Source: Eledone cirrhosa
Taxonomy: Eukaryota
Reading direction: 5' to 3'
Assembly: GCA_964016885.1 (NCBI GenBank)
Contig: OZ024758.1
Coordinates: forward strand, 22,816,001-22,880,000
DNA: 64,000 nucleotides
A program made the position numbers and the translations under genes. The notes below the pieces were generated by a model. That model had not been told where the DNA came from. It was given only the letters and a program-made list of their open reading frames with translations, and searched no databases. Positions within the stretch are counted from its first letter, which is position 1, and each line of letters begins with the position of its first letter. This document shows, in pieces, positions 1 to 13,539 of this stretch.

Positions 1-163
1 ACAACATGGAAAAACTGATGAATTTAAAACCTTTGAAGGCAACGGAAAGAAATGTGGGGTGTGTGTGGTGTGTGGAATGGAGGGAGGGGTTGTTTGAAGG
101 GTGGGTGTGATGGAGGGAGGGAGGGATTGTATGAAGGGTGTGAGGAGGGTGGTGGTGGAGAGG

Positions 164-232
<69 letters not shown>

Positions 233-868
233 CGTGCATGTGTGTGTGCGTGTGTGTGTGTGTGTGTATGAATTTAAACCTTTTGCAGGCAATGGAAAAA
301 GGAATAATTAAATGTCACACAATGGAGACAAAAGAAATAAATAATTGAATAATTTAAAATATTTATTCAAGCAGACAATATAGACATCGGTCATTTGGCA
401 GACTAGTAACATTCCTGGGTACAACCATTGTGGAACTACCGGTAATCATACTGGTGATATTTTTGAATCTGTCTTTTTGCTTTCATCATCATCATCAACA
501 TCACCATTTAACATCAATTTTTCCATGCTAGCATGGGTTGGACGAGTTGTCCTGTTGTGAGCAATGCCAGGTCAGGTGAACATGTCTTGCTCAGACAGAA
601 CTGATTTTACTTGATTTCTACAGCTGGATACCTTTCCTAGCGCCAACCTCATTTATAGTGAGTACCGGGTGCTTTTTGTCGTGACACCTACACAACCATT
701 TTACAGTGCAGACTGGGTGCTTTTTGTCGTGACACCTACACAACCACTTTACAGCACGGGCTGGGTGTTTTTTGTTGTGTCACTTACGTAAAATGATGAT
801 GATAAATAGTTATATATTGAAATATATAACTATTTTTCCTAATGCCAACCACTTTATAGCATGTACTG

Positions 869-1215
869 TGTGCATTTTATCATGGCACCAGCATTACTAC
901 ATTACAGGGAGGGCTGAGTGCATTTTATCATCGCACCAGCATTACTACATTACAGGGAGGGCTGAGTGCATTTTATCATGGCACCAGCATTACTACATTA
1001 CAGGGAGGGCTGAGTGCATTTTATCATCGCACCAGCATTACTACATTACAGGGAGGGCTGAGTGCATTTTATCATCGCACCAGCATTACTACATTACAGG
1101 GAGGGCTGAGTGCATTTTATCATCGCACCAGCATTACTACATTACAGGGAGGGCTGAGTGCATTTTATCATGGCACCAGCACTAACACTTTACAGAGTAG
1201 GCTGGGTGCATTTTA
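869..1215. repeat. 48-bp minisatellite, about 7 units
   Basis: Unit GCACCAGCATTACTACATTACAGGGAGGGCTGAGTGCATTTTATCATC/G. Confidence 0.92.
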
Positions 1216-1777
1216 TTGGTAATTGAAATTAATAAAGATGAAATTAGAGTTGACAATGGTGAATTTGAGATTTATGATGATAAATTTTATGCTAATGACA
1301 AATTCTTTGGGGAAAACCCTGTAATTCAGAATTCTGATAAAAATACCTGGCTCACTCTGTAAAGTGGTTGTGCTTTTTATTGTGACACCTACATGACCCC
1401 TTTACAGTTATCATCTAATACCCATCTTCGCTGCTGGCAAAGGATGGATGGCTCTTCACGGATCGAGTTAATACTCAAGTGGACTTACTGACCTTATAGA
1501 TGGGTCAGGGACCTGCATCTAATACACTCTTGCCTACCAAGTGCATTTAAACATAGCACCAGCACTATAAATGTAGTCATGTATTTTACACAGCTGAAAA
1601 GTCCTCCTGGCAGGTTCTATATGGCAGGATGCCCTTCTTATCACCAACCACTTTACAGAGAGATATGGAATTTTACACATCTCTATACTCACTCTACATC
1701 TCCCCATGCATTGAGTACTCACATGATTAGTGGTCTCCTCGGTCTCAATACTGCACTATATCTCTCTCTCTCTCACT

Positions 1778-1818
<41 letters not shown>

Positions 1819-1845
1819 TATATACATATATATATACATATATAT

Positions 1846-2180
1846 GGAGGCACATGGCTTAGTGGTTAGAGCATTGGCCTTGCAATCGAAAGGTTGTGAG
1901 TTCAATTCTCAGACCGAGTGATGTGTTGTTTCCTTGAGCAAGACACTTTATTTCACATTGCTCCAGTTTACTCAGCTGTAGAAATGAGATGATAGGGACT
2001 GGGGTCCATATCATTCCACTGCAAAGTGGTCGTGGAGGTGCCACGGCAAAAAAGCACCCAGCACTCACTGTAAATGAGGTTGGTGTTAGGAAGGGCATCC
2101 AGCTATAGAAATCAAGCCAGAATCAGTTCCCGTCCCAGCCTTGCAAGCAGGGAAAAGCGGACGTAAAATGATGATGATGA
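1846..2180 (+). mobile_element. SINE A: tRNA-like head, CORE-like body, RTE-derived 3' end
   Basis: A box TGGCTTAGTGG, B box GAGTTCAATTC, CORE-like CCTTGAGCAAGACACTT...CAGTTTACTCAGCTGTAGAAATG, RTE family 1 tail and (GAT)n. Confidence 0.9.
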
Positions 2181-2353
2181 TATATATAGTAATAATAATA
2201 AATGTGAAGACTAAAATTTTAATAAATATATATATATGTAACTAACAAATAGTTCATTGTTCTACATGGCTGAATACAATAAATGTAATCTGAGTTTTTC
2301 GAATATTATCATTAATATTAGGAAAAGTCAGATTACATTTATATATACATACA

Positions 2354-2490
2354 GTAGAGGAAGACCAGGAAAATCATGGGCGGAGGTGATGACGAAGGAC
2401 CATGACGAATGGAGAGATGCTGTGCTGAATAGGACCCGTCCCACCCTTGCAAGCAGGGAAAAGCGGACGTAAAATGATGATGATGATGAT
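2354..2490 (+). mobile_element. Short 3' fragment of RTE family 1 with an internal deletion
   Basis: Encodes RGRPGKSWAEV-MTKDHDEWRDAVLNRTRPTLASREKRT* followed by (GAT)n. Confidence 0.85.
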
Positions 2491-3625
2491 CATCATCATC
2501 ATGATTTTACGTCTGCTTTTCCCTGCTTGCAAGGGTGGGACGGGTCTTATTCAGCACAGCATCTCTCCACTCGTCACGGTCCCTCGTCATCTCCGCCGTG
2601 AGCTTCAATGATCTGAGGTCTGTTCTCACCACCTCCGCCCATGTTTTTCGTGGTCTACCTCTACCACGTCTTCCTTCAACTGGCATTTCCTGGCACTTCT
2701 TCACCCATCGGTCATCCTCCATGCGCATCACATGTCCATACCACCTCAGTCTCCTCTCCCGTACACTACATTCTATCCCTCTCAGACACAGTTTCTCTCT
2801 CAACACATTTATGCTGGGTTGTTCACGCACATTTACACTGCACATCCAACGGAGCATGCTTGCCTCATTTCTCTCCAGCCGTTGCATATCCTCTGCGGTT
2901 GCTGCCCATGTCTCACTACCATGCAGCATCGCGCTCCTCACACAGGCATCATACAACCGGTCTTTCGTACGCAGGGAGAAACCCTTCTTCGTCAACAGAG
3001 GAAGCAGCTCCCTAAACTTCTTCCAACCCGTCCTTATTCTAGATACTATGGCCTCGGAACACCCTCCTCCCATGCTAATCTGATCTCCTAGGTACCGGAA
3101 GCTATCCACCACTTCTGTAGCGCCCTCTCGCATTTGAAAAATGTGTCTATCAGTGCGACTTCTACTGTCTAATTTCCCTGTACATCTACTGCATACATAT
3201 TTCTCCCTACCTGTTAGTTTGCCTGCTATCCCGCTACATCTCTTGTGTACCCAGGACCTGCATTGTGTGCATTTTATAGAATTTATGCCAGTTCCTTTTC
3301 TGCATATCGAACATGGCCATTTCCCTGACGGAATCAGGGTTTTGTCCTCTTTTCTACTCATCAACACTTTTGTCTTAGCTAGATTTACTCTCAGTCCTCT
3401 TGCTTCCAACTGCTGTTTCCATAGCCGGAATTTATTCTCTAGCTCCTCTACTGATTCTGCTATAAGAGCCAGATCGTCAGCATAGAGAAGTTCCCATGGA
3501 CAGCCAGTCTTAAACTCCTCTGTTATGGCTTGGAGGACTATAATGAACAAGAGCGGGCTGAGGACCGAACCCTGATGTACTCCTACTTGTATCTGGAATT
3601 CCTCACTAAACTCCATTCCTACCCT
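2491..3625 (-). mobile_element. RTE-clade LINE (family 1), 5'-truncated RT C-terminal part
   Basis: ORF 2507-3685 with VHQGSVLSP, LLYADD, Cys/His finger and RRLRWYGHV. The stop codon lies directly before the (GAT)n tail. Confidence 0.93.
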
Positions 3626-5449
3626 GATATAAATAGATATATAGATAGATATATTAGCACACACACCACGCAAGTGGATGCTCATTCACAAAGCATGCTT
3701 ATTAAAGGATATAAGGAAAAATAAGAAAACACATTTTCCATAACAGCATCACATTTATATGCCTGTCCCTAATAAGAGAAATCTGTTAATATAAATATCC
3801 TTTAAATTCAAATGAAAATGTTAAAGCTACTTTTATCTTACACCATGATTTTATCAGATTAGGAGTGATAATGATATTTCAATGTGTCAGTTAAAAGAAG
3901 AAAAGCTATATTATATAAACCTGACAAAACCAGACTGGTATGTAATCTTGTTTAGAAAAATACACAGTAAAGACACAAATAGGCAGTTATATAGAAACCA
4001 GAGAATGGAATTAGAGTTGAATGGGAGAAAGAAAATGGGTTTTATCAATTGAATCAATACCATTATGATCTCATTTCATTTGAGCTTGCTGAATACTTAC
4101 AAATAAATGGGCTACTACTCACAAGAGACCATCATAATGATTGGGGAAGGTATATTTAACTAAATAAACATTGTATTACTACTACCTACAACCAACTAGC
4201 TAGAGTGCTCAACCTGTTTTCTAGGGAGCAGGCAAAACTCTCTTAGCTTTTGTCGACACCACCTCCTTCAAAGCCACCCCTGATTCTACGAAACAAAATC
4301 ATCCTCACAAGAGACTATCACAATGATTGGCGCAGATATCATCATCGTTTAATGTTCATCTTCCACGCTAGCATGGGTTGGACGGGTTTGTCCCTCTTGA
4401 GGCAAGATTGGTCGGGTGACCGTGTCTCGCTCGTATAGGACTGTTTCTGGCAGGTTTTCTATGGCTGGATGCCCTTCCTAACACCAGCCACATTTACAGT
4501 GTGGAATGGGAGCCTTTTTACTGTGTCTCCTATACGACCACTTTAACTAAAATCAACACTGTATTACTACTACCTACAACCAACTAACTAGTATGCTCGA
4601 CCTATTATCTAGGGAGCAGGTAAAAAAAACTCTCTTAGCATTTGTTGATATCACCTTGCCCAAAGCAACCTCCTCGTTCTATGATACAAAAACATCCATT
4701 TCAAAGTGGTCCTATTAAGATTAATATTTCTAAATATAGTTTGATATAAGAACCCTTTGAAAAATGATACTACAAATACCATCTTAACCTTTTAGCATTT
4801 AAACCGCCGATATCCAGCCAGAATTCTCTCACCCTTTCTGTTCAAACAAGCTGTAGCTGGCTGCTCATATTGACATTAAGGTATTGTTCTCAAAATAAAT
4901 AATATCAAAATCTCATAGATTCGATATTATGTGAAATAATTATGTGAGATAAAACCTTTACCACAAAAATACAACAGTAAATATAGAGTAATGTAAATGC
5001 TAAAGGGTTAGTGTCTATATGGAGATGTCAAGCTTGACTGGAAGGTTTTTCTAAAGAGCTGACAAAGAAAGACAACCTAGGCCAAAGATTTAGCCAAGAA
5101 ACCTTGACTACTTGAAATGAAGAAAGATTAGGAAGGAATTGGCAGTATCAGTAGAGGGTCGGACGCCATGCTTTGACGTATAGAGTTACGGCCCTTGCCA
5201 TTCTGAGTTCAAATCCCGCCGAGGTCAACTTTGTCTTTCATCCTTACAGGGTCGATAAAATAAAGTACCAGTAATGTACTGAGGGTGTTTGCTGGCCTTG
5301 TGCCAAAAGTAGAAACAATTATAAAAAGAAACAGAGTGACAGAAGTGAAGAGAAAGAAGAGAAAGAAGACCAGGGAGAGAAGATAAAGAAAAAACAAGAA
5401 AATAAATACAAAAGACAGAAGAGAAAAGGGGAGAAGAGAGGACAGAATG

Positions 5450-6021
5450 GTGGTAGTAGTAGTGACTCTAACAGCAACAGTAGTTAGTAGTAGTATTAAT
5501 AGTAGTGACTAAGAGCAGCAGCAGCAGTAGTAGTAGTAGTAGTGGTAGTGACTGTAACAGCAATAGTAATAACTGTAACAGCAGACAAGAGTGATATAGT
5601 AAAGGGAATTAGCTGATGTTACTATCAACAGTAGTAGTAGTGGTAGTAGCTGTTGTTACTATCAACAGTAGTGGTAGTAGTGGTGGTAGTAGTAGTAGCT
5701 GATGTTACTATCTGTAATAGTAGTGGTAGTAGTAGTAGCTGATGTTACTATCAGTAGTAGTAGTGGTAGTAGTAGTAGTGGTAGTAGCTGATGTTACTAT
5801 CAGTAGTGGTAGTAGTAGTAGTAGTAGTGGTAGTAGCTGATGTTACTATCAGTAGTGGTAGTGGTAGTAGTAGTAATGGTAGTAGCTGATGTTACTATCA
5901 GTAGTAGTAGTGGTGGTAGTAGTAGTAGTAGTAGTGGTAGTAGCTGATGTTACTATCAGTAGTAGTAGTGGTGGTAGTAGTAGTAGTGGTAGTAGTAGTA
6001 GTAGTAGCTGATGTTACTATC

Positions 6022-6057
<36 letters not shown>

Positions 6058-6091
6058 GGTAGTAGTAGTAGTAGTAGCTGATGTTACTATC

Positions 6092-6123
<32 letters not shown>

Positions 6124-6152
6124 TAGTAGTAGTAGTAGCTGATGTTACTATC

Positions 6153-6191
<39 letters not shown>

Positions 6192-6195
6192 AGAG
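5450..6195. repeat. Compound (AGT)n microsatellite punctuated by GCTGATGTTACTATC
   Basis: Visible directly. Confidence 0.9.
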
Positions 6196-6304
6196 ATGAA
6201 CTGTCTGTAGTTGGCTGATATTTCTGGGTGAAGGGAAATATATTAATATTTAATGGAGCTACAATGACACTTTATAAAGACACAGCATCTGTTCATCATC
6301 ATCA

Positions 6305-7247
6305 GCTGCTACTGCTGCTGATGATGCTGCTGATGATACTGCTGCTGCTGCTACTGCTGCTACTGCTACTGCTGCTGCTGTTGCTACTACTACTGCTACT
6401 GCTGCTACTACTGCTACTGCTGCTACTACTGCTGCTGCTACTACTACTGCTACTGATGCTACTGCTGCTGCTACTACTGCTACTGCTACTGCTGCTGCTA
6501 CTACTACTACTACTACTGCTGCTGCTACTGCTACTACTACTACTGATGCTACTACTACTGCTACTGCTGCTACTACTACTACTGTGGCTGGTGCAGCTAC
6601 TACTACTGCTGCTGCTGCTACTACTACTACTACTGCTACTGCTGCTGCTACTACTACTACTACTGCTGCTGCTACTGCTGCTGCTACTGCTACTACTACT
6701 ACTGATGCTACTACTACTGCTACTGCTGCTACTACTACTACTGTGGCTGGTGCTGCTGCAGCTACTACTACTGCTGCTACTATGACTACTATTACTACTG
6801 CTGCTATTACTACTACTGCTACTACTACTACTACTATTACTGCTGCTACTACTACTGTGACTGGTGCTGGTGCTGCTGCTGCTACTACTACTGATGCTAC
6901 TATTACTACTACTACTGCTGCTATTACTACTACTACTGCTGTTACTATTACTACTACTGATACTACTACTACTACCACCATCAGCACCACCACTTCTACT
7001 ACTACTATTACTACCACCACCACCACTACCACCACCACCACTACTACAACCACCACCACCACCACCACCACCACTACTACCACCACCACTACTACTACTA
7101 CCACAACCACTACAACCACCACCACCACCACCACTTCTACTACTATTACTACCACCACCACCACCACCACCACCACCACCACCACCACCACCACTACCAC
7201 TACCACCACCACAACTACTACCACTACCACCACCACCACCACTACTA
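6305..7247. repeat. Compound (CTG/CTA/CCA)n trinucleotide tract
   Basis: Visible directly. Confidence 0.92.
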
Positions 7248-8715
7248 TATGAGAATATATATAGTATTTATTGACAAGGCAAGTTGCAACGTGCAGGTGT
7301 AGCCTGTGTCAGCAGATAAGATATCACCATTCTTCCAATACACAGAACCAGTTTCAAGAGAGACTGGCTCACAAGGTTTATTATGTTCAACTCTCCTGAA
7401 ACCACTTCTGCTTCTCTGATAAAACTGTCCATTTAAAAGTGTTTATATCTACATTAAAAGCTTCCATCATAATTGTAATTGTTTCTACTTTTGGCACAAG
7501 GCCACCAATTACCCAGTACATTACTGGTACTTTATTTTATCGACCTCTGTATGGATGAAAGGCAAAGTTAACCTCGGCGGGATTTGAACTCAGATCGTAA
7601 AGGGACGTAACTATGCTGGAAAGCATATCCGACCCTCTACCGATACTGCCAATTCACCATAATTTTATTATATAGGGACTTAACCATTTAGCATTTAAAC
7701 CAGCCATGTCTGGCCAGAATTCTCTCACCTCTTTCCTTTCTGTTCAAACCGGATGTAACTAGCCACTCATACTGATGTTAAGGTGTGTTTCTCGAAATAA
7801 ATAATATCAAAATCTCATAGCTTCGATATTATGTGAGATATATATGGGAGATGAAGTGTTTACCACAAAAATACAATAGTATATATAAAGTAATGTACAT
7901 ACTAAAGGGTTAAATCAGCCACTCATAATGATGTTAAGGTGTGTTTCTCAAAATAAATAAAATCAAAATCTCATAGAGTCGATATTATGTGAGGTAAAGC
8001 CTTTACTGTGAAAATACAATAGTAAATATAGAGTAATGTAAATACTAAAGAGTTAATGAAAAAGTTATTTTACTAAAATTTTCCAAATTTATTGTTGTTT
8101 CACATTAAATCTTTAGTATTTTCATTACTCTATATTTACTATTGTATCTTTATGGTAAATGCTTTATCTCACATAATATCGAACCTACAAGATTTTGATA
8201 TTTATTTATTTTAAGAAGCCAATTATGTGTGGTTTGAACAGAAAGAAGTGAGAGAATTTTGGCCGGATACAACGAGTTCAAATGCTAAAGGGTTAATTGA
8301 CACAGATTCAAAGTATTTCATGAGAAATATGGCAACGAAAAGGTTAAACCTAGCTCAATCATGGCCATAAGATCCTATCAGCTCTACTACACTACAGTAA
8401 CACAAAAAAATTACAAAAGCGGTTACCATTAATTTCAACCAGGAAGCAAAAGTCAACTAAATGCTCTGCCAGAGTAATCCAACATTTGTAAAACAATAAA
8501 AATAAAAAGAAGTTTAAAAGCTGTTGGCTAAATCATTAAAAAAATCTCTATATAAATTTCTGTGATTCTGTCACAACACATAGAAAGAGAGGAGTAGTTT
8601 GACTACCTCATACTACTCCTCTCTCCCTGCGTCAATGTATGTGTGTGTAAAAGGAAGGAAAGAGGGTGGTGAAAAAACTATAGCAAAATAGCGGCTGGCG
8701 TTCTATTTGCTATGC

Positions 8716-9200
8716 TGTGTATGTGTGCACGTGTTTGTGTGAATGTATGTGTGCACGTGTTTGTGTGAATGTATGAGTGTACTTGTTTGTGTGAATGTAT
8801 GTGTGCAATTGTTTGTGTGAATGTATGTGTGCAATTGTTTGTGTGAATGTATGTGTGCAATTGTTTGTGTGAATGTATGTGTGCACGTGTTTGTGTGAAT
8901 GTATGTGTGTACTTGTTTGTGTGAATGTATGTGTGCACGTGTTTGTGTGAATGTATGTGTGAATGTATGTGTGCACGTGTTTGTGTGAATGTATGTGTGC
9001 ACGTGTTTGTGTGAATGTATGTGTGCACGTGTTTGTGTGAATGTATGTGTGCACGTGTTTGTGTGAATGTATGAGTGTACTTGTTTGTGTGAATGTATGT
9101 GTGCACGTGTTTGTGTGAATGTATGTGTGAATGTATGTGTGCACGTGTTTGTGTGAATGTATGTGTGTGTTTGTGTGAATGTATGTGTGTGTTTGTATGA
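8716..9200. repeat. 26-bp TG-rich minisatellite
   Basis: Unit GTGTTTGTGTGAATGTATGTGTGCAC. Confidence 0.9.
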
Positions 9201-10351
9201 AGTAAGTGTGTATTTTATCGACCCCGTAAGGATGAAAGGCAAATTTAACCTCGGCGGGATAATGATTTAAATACAGTGGTGGTGGTGTTGTTGTTGTTAG
9301 CAAGACACCAGTGGGATGATATCTGTTTCATACTTGGCAAAACTGTCTTTTTTTTTTTTTTGTTTTGTTTTACTTCTGTCAATATATATTAGGGAAAGGT
9401 AAAATGTATATAAACATACACACTGATATGTATACAATATACAATAGACGTTTTTTTAAAAACTGTACATCTATCAAATATCACTGACAGGGAGTTGATC
9501 AAATCTATGGCTAGAGTATAAGACACTTGAGTAGAGTACAGTGATATCAAATCTAGAGCATTGTTATTGTGTATCAAAACTTTTGACCCTTTAGTATTTA
9601 CATTACTCTATATATTCTATTGTATTTTCATGGTAAAGGCTGTACCGCGCATAATATCGAATCTACGAAATTTCTTCATTTTGAGAACAATACTTTAACA
9701 TCAGTATGAGCGACCGCTTACAAACGGTTAAACAGATAGGGGTCGGAGAATTCTGGCCGGATTTGGCTGGTTTAAACACAGAGTCTTGGTTACATCTTCA
9801 TACATGCATACATACTGTATTTCCCACCCTAATTTTGACAACCAAAAATTTGGAAAAAAATTATAAACAACCTTCGGCCTCCAGTACACATGGTAGATTT
9901 TTGAGACTTATTTTATGGAAAGAGGAGCATCTTTGATGCCAGGAAATACCGTATATTACATACATTGCATAAACTTTATTTTGATAACTCACTCAAGAAA
10001 ATAAGCCCGAAATTTAAACTTTTAAGTTGAAGTTACAGTTGGTAATCAAGTATGTCAAAAACAGAACATTTACTTGAATTTTCAAAAACAGGACATAAAA
10101 ACATTATCATCATCAACATCACAATCATGATCATGATCATCATTGTCACTAGTTAATATCAATTTTTCATACCGGCATGGTTGAGATCGATTGTCACATA
10201 CTAAGGCTAGACTGGTCTTGTCGGTACGCCCTGATTATGGCTTGGTATCAATGGCTGGATGTCATTACACCACCCACTTTACAGCATTTACTAGGAGAAT
10301 TTTACTGTGACTCTAGCATTGCCACCTTGCAGAAGGGACTGGGTGATTTCT

Positions 10352-11280
10352 GTCGTGGCACCAGCACTGTTGCTTTATAGCGCTGATTCAGTGCTTTTTG
10401 TCATGGCACCAGCACTGTTGCTTTATAGCGCTGATTCAGTGCTTTTTGTCATGGCACCAGCACTGTTGCTTTATAGTGCTGATTCAGTGCCTTTTGTCAA
10501 GGCACCAGCACTGTTGTTTTATAGCGCTGATTCAGTGCTTTTTGTCATGGCACCAGCACTGTTGCTTTATAGCGCTGATTCAGTGCTTTTTGTCATGGCA
10601 CCAGCACTGTTGCTTTATAGCGCTGATTCAGTGCTTTTTGTCATGGCACCAGCACTGTTGCTTTATAGCGCTGATTCAGTGCTTTTTGTCATGGCACCAG
10701 CACTGTTGCTTTATAGCGCTGATTCAGTGCTTTTTGTCATGGCACCAGCACTGTTGCTTTATAGCGCTGATTCAGTGCCTTTTGTCAAGGCACCAGCACT
10801 GTTGTTTTATAGCGCTGATTCAGTGCTTTTTGTCATGGCACCAGCACTGTTGCTTTATAGCGCTGATTCAGTGCTTTTTGTCATGGCACCAGCACTGTTG
10901 CTTTATAGCGCTGATTCAGTGCTTTTTGTCATGGCACCAGCACTGTTGCTTTATAGCGCTGATTCAGTGCCTTTTGTCAAGGCACCAGCACTGTTGTTTT
11001 ATAGCGCTGATTCAGTGCTTTTTGTCATGGCACCAGCACTGTTGTTTTATAGCGCTGATTCAGTGCTTTTTGTCATGGCACCAGCACTGTTGCTTTATAG
11101 CGCTGATTCAGTGCCTTTTGTCAAGGCACCAGCACTGTTGTTTTATAGCGCTGATTCAGTGCTTTTTGTCATGACACCAGCACTGTTGCTTTATAGCGCT
11201 GATTCAGTGCTTTTTGTCATGACACCAGTACTGTTGCTTTATAGCGCTGATTCAGTGCCTTTTGTCAAGGCACCAGCATT
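10352..11280. repeat. 48-bp minisatellite, about 19 units
   Basis: Unit GGCACCAGCACTGTTGCTTTATAGCGCTGATTCAGTGCTTTTTGTCAT. Confidence 0.95.
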
Positions 11281-11347
11281 ACTACTCAGCGAATATTAAG
11301 AGAGAAGACCAACAAATAATGGAATATATTAAAAAATGTCTACTCAC

Positions 11348-11428
11348 ATGATTGTCAGTATTCTCTACTGATATAATATCCTGTTTAGGTCTCTTTGTGG
11401 TACTTAACACAGGTTTAAAGGACAAACT
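11348..11428 (-). CDS. NHE-like gene, exon E (81 nt, phase 0 to 0), start of cytosolic tail
   Basis: Acceptor gtatttgttacAG, donor GTgagt. Encodes SLSFKPVLSTTKRPKQDIISVENTDNH, compare NHE1 [30 protein letters not shown]. Confidence 0.75.
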
Positions 11429-11742
11429 CTGTAACAAATACATTAACAAGTGTCAAAATACAAAAAAAACTAAACATACCATTAAATGTGAAAAAAAACA
11501 ACAAAAAGACATTTTCTGAAATAATTCCTAGATGCAAAAAAGATATAAAATATGAAATTTGTCCAAATATAGATAAGGCATTAACCTGTTGACTGCTGTG
11601 TATATTTTACACAGGTACAGTTGCTGTGCTGGCGTTTTTTTTTTTTTTTTCAATAAAATGACTATTTTTTAGCAAACATTTATTAACAACACATCTGAAT
11701 GATTGACAAACATCACACCAATAAACTAATAACCCCATCTAG

Positions 11743-12136
11743 CTTTGAAATTATGAATTGTTGGAAAAGAGTTCATAACTTTGAAGTTATGAACTGTTGG
11801 AAACGAGTTCATATCTTTGAAGTTATGAACTTTTGGAAACGAGTTCATATCTTTGAAGTTATGAACTGTTGGAAACGAGCTCATATCTTTGAAGTTATGA
11901 ACTGTTGGAAAGGAGTTCATAACTTTGAAGTTATGAACTTTTGGAAAGGAGTTCATAACTTTGAAGTTATGAACTGTTGGAAAGGAGTTCATAACTTTGA
12001 AGTTATGAACTTTTGGAAAGGAGTTCATAACTTTGAAGTTATGAACTGTTGGAAAGGAGTTCATAACTTTGAAGTTATGAACTTTTGGAAAGGAGTTCAT
12101 AACTTTGAAGTTATGAACTGTTGGAAAGGAGTTCAA
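11743..12136. repeat. 36-bp minisatellite with internal dyad symmetry, about 11 units
   Basis: Unit CTTTGAAGTTATGAACT(G/T)TTGGAAAGGAGTTCATAA. Confidence 0.93.
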
Positions 12137-12670
12137 ACATGTTAGGACGAGTTATATGTCGGCTATGGCACTGAAGAGGTTTATTTTTACAAATAGAGAA
12201 TGTAACCTAACAGGTAACATGTTATGTTAATTCTATTGGTTGAATTCATCATTTGGAATTGTTAGCAAACAATATCTTCAAAACCACAGACTTTCTTTTG
12301 TTACTTGGTAATATTTATTATTCCCTATATATTTCGGATAACTATCTATTGTCAAGAGAGTTTTTAGGAACTTCAGAATATTGGAGAGCCCCTTAACACT
12401 CTGTGTAGCTTGAAAGTAGAAAGGTTATCAAAAGTATATAGAGACTAATAAATATTTCCAAGGTAACAAAATCTTTCATTTCTCGTTGTTTTTTTCTTTC
12501 CTTCCTTCTGTCCATCCATACTTCTCTTATCCATCTTGGTTACCACAATATTTACACTCCCATCTGCATTGTAGCAGCTTCCTAAACATACCCATACACA
12601 CGGTGTCCCAAAAAGATATATACATATTTCAACAGCATTCTAATAAATATGTGTTTGGTGGCTGATATTT

Positions 12671-12777
12671 TTGTTTCTACTCTGGAGTTCCGCCTGTTTA
12701 TCACAGAGTCATCAGACAAGAAATGTTCTTATCTGATGACCCTGTGATAAACAGACAAAACTCCAGAGTAGAAACAA
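12671..12777. repeat. Imperfect palindrome with CTGATGA...GAAAC on both strands
   Basis: TTGTTTCTACTCTGGAGTT...TCATCAGA / TCTGATGA...AACTCCAGAGTAGAAACAA. Confidence 0.8.
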
Positions 12778-12914
12778 GACTCCCCAATTAACCTTAATAA
12801 AATGAATATATATATATATGGCAACATGAATGGACCTGTTATTTTTCTCTAAAAACATTTTTTCCAATCCCCCCCCCCCCCCCCCTGTCGCTTCAATCTA
12901 TCTAATTTCTCATT

Positions 12915-12955
12915 CTTTCATCTGATGAAGGACTAGTGTCTGAAACGTTAAGACC
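12915..12955 (+). ncRNA. Degenerate minimal hammerhead motif
   Basis: CTGATGA-aGGAC(TAGT)GTCT-GAAACGTTA. Stem I pairs poorly. Confidence 0.4.
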
Positions 12956-13089
12956 CTCTTCCTGCTATTTCAAGCTTTAACCTAATATATTCCTTCCATA
13001 TACTGTACCAATTATGTTGTTTCTGTTTACCTTTTACATATATACATATACATATATTCATTATCATTTTACAAATATACAAATATATA

Positions 13090-13485
13090 TCATCATCATC
13101 ATCATCATTTCATTTTACATCCGCTTTTTCCCTGCTTGCAAGGGTGGGACGGGAACTGATTTTGGCTTGATTTCTACAGCTGGATGTCCTTCCTAACACC
13201 AACCTCATTTACAGTGAGTGCTGGGTGCTTTTTTGCCGTGGTACCTCCACGAACACTTTACACTGTGGGCTGGGTGCTTTTTTGCTGTGGCACCTCCACG
13301 ACCACTTTGCAGTGGAATGATATGGACCCCAGTCCCTATCATCTCATTTCTACAGCTGAGTAAACTGGAGCAATGTGAAATAAAGTGTCTTGCTCAAGGA
13401 AACAACACATCACCCAGTCTGAGAATTGAACTCACAACCTTTCGATTGCAAGGCCAATGCTCTAACCACTAAGCCATGTGCCCCC
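13090..13485 (-). mobile_element. SINE A copy with an extra 48-bp unit
   Basis: Reverse-complement match to 1846-2180. Confidence 0.88.
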
Positions 13486-13539
13486 TATATATATATATAT
13501 ATTTTTTTTTTTAATGTAGAAAAGTAACACACGAGTTGA

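Noticed and set aside
1846-1920. tRNA gene
   Set aside because: A and B boxes belong to a SINE head followed by a SINE body. No complete cloverleaf is evident.
1859-2098. Recurrent MPFLTPTSFTVSAG ORF family
   Set aside because: Antisense translation of SINE A copies, not a gene family.
6228-7274. Long poly-Leu/Thr/Val ORFs
   Set aside because: Products of a trinucleotide tract open in several frames.
9389-9577. Minus-strand ORF as a downstream NHE exon
   Set aside because: Available acceptors give phase 1, not the required phase 0, and similarity is negligible.
10307-11299. 330-aa repetitive ORF, and similar ORFs at 772, 8678, 11699, 26033, 54000 and 60546
   Set aside because: Stop-free minisatellite units with no splice or homology evidence.
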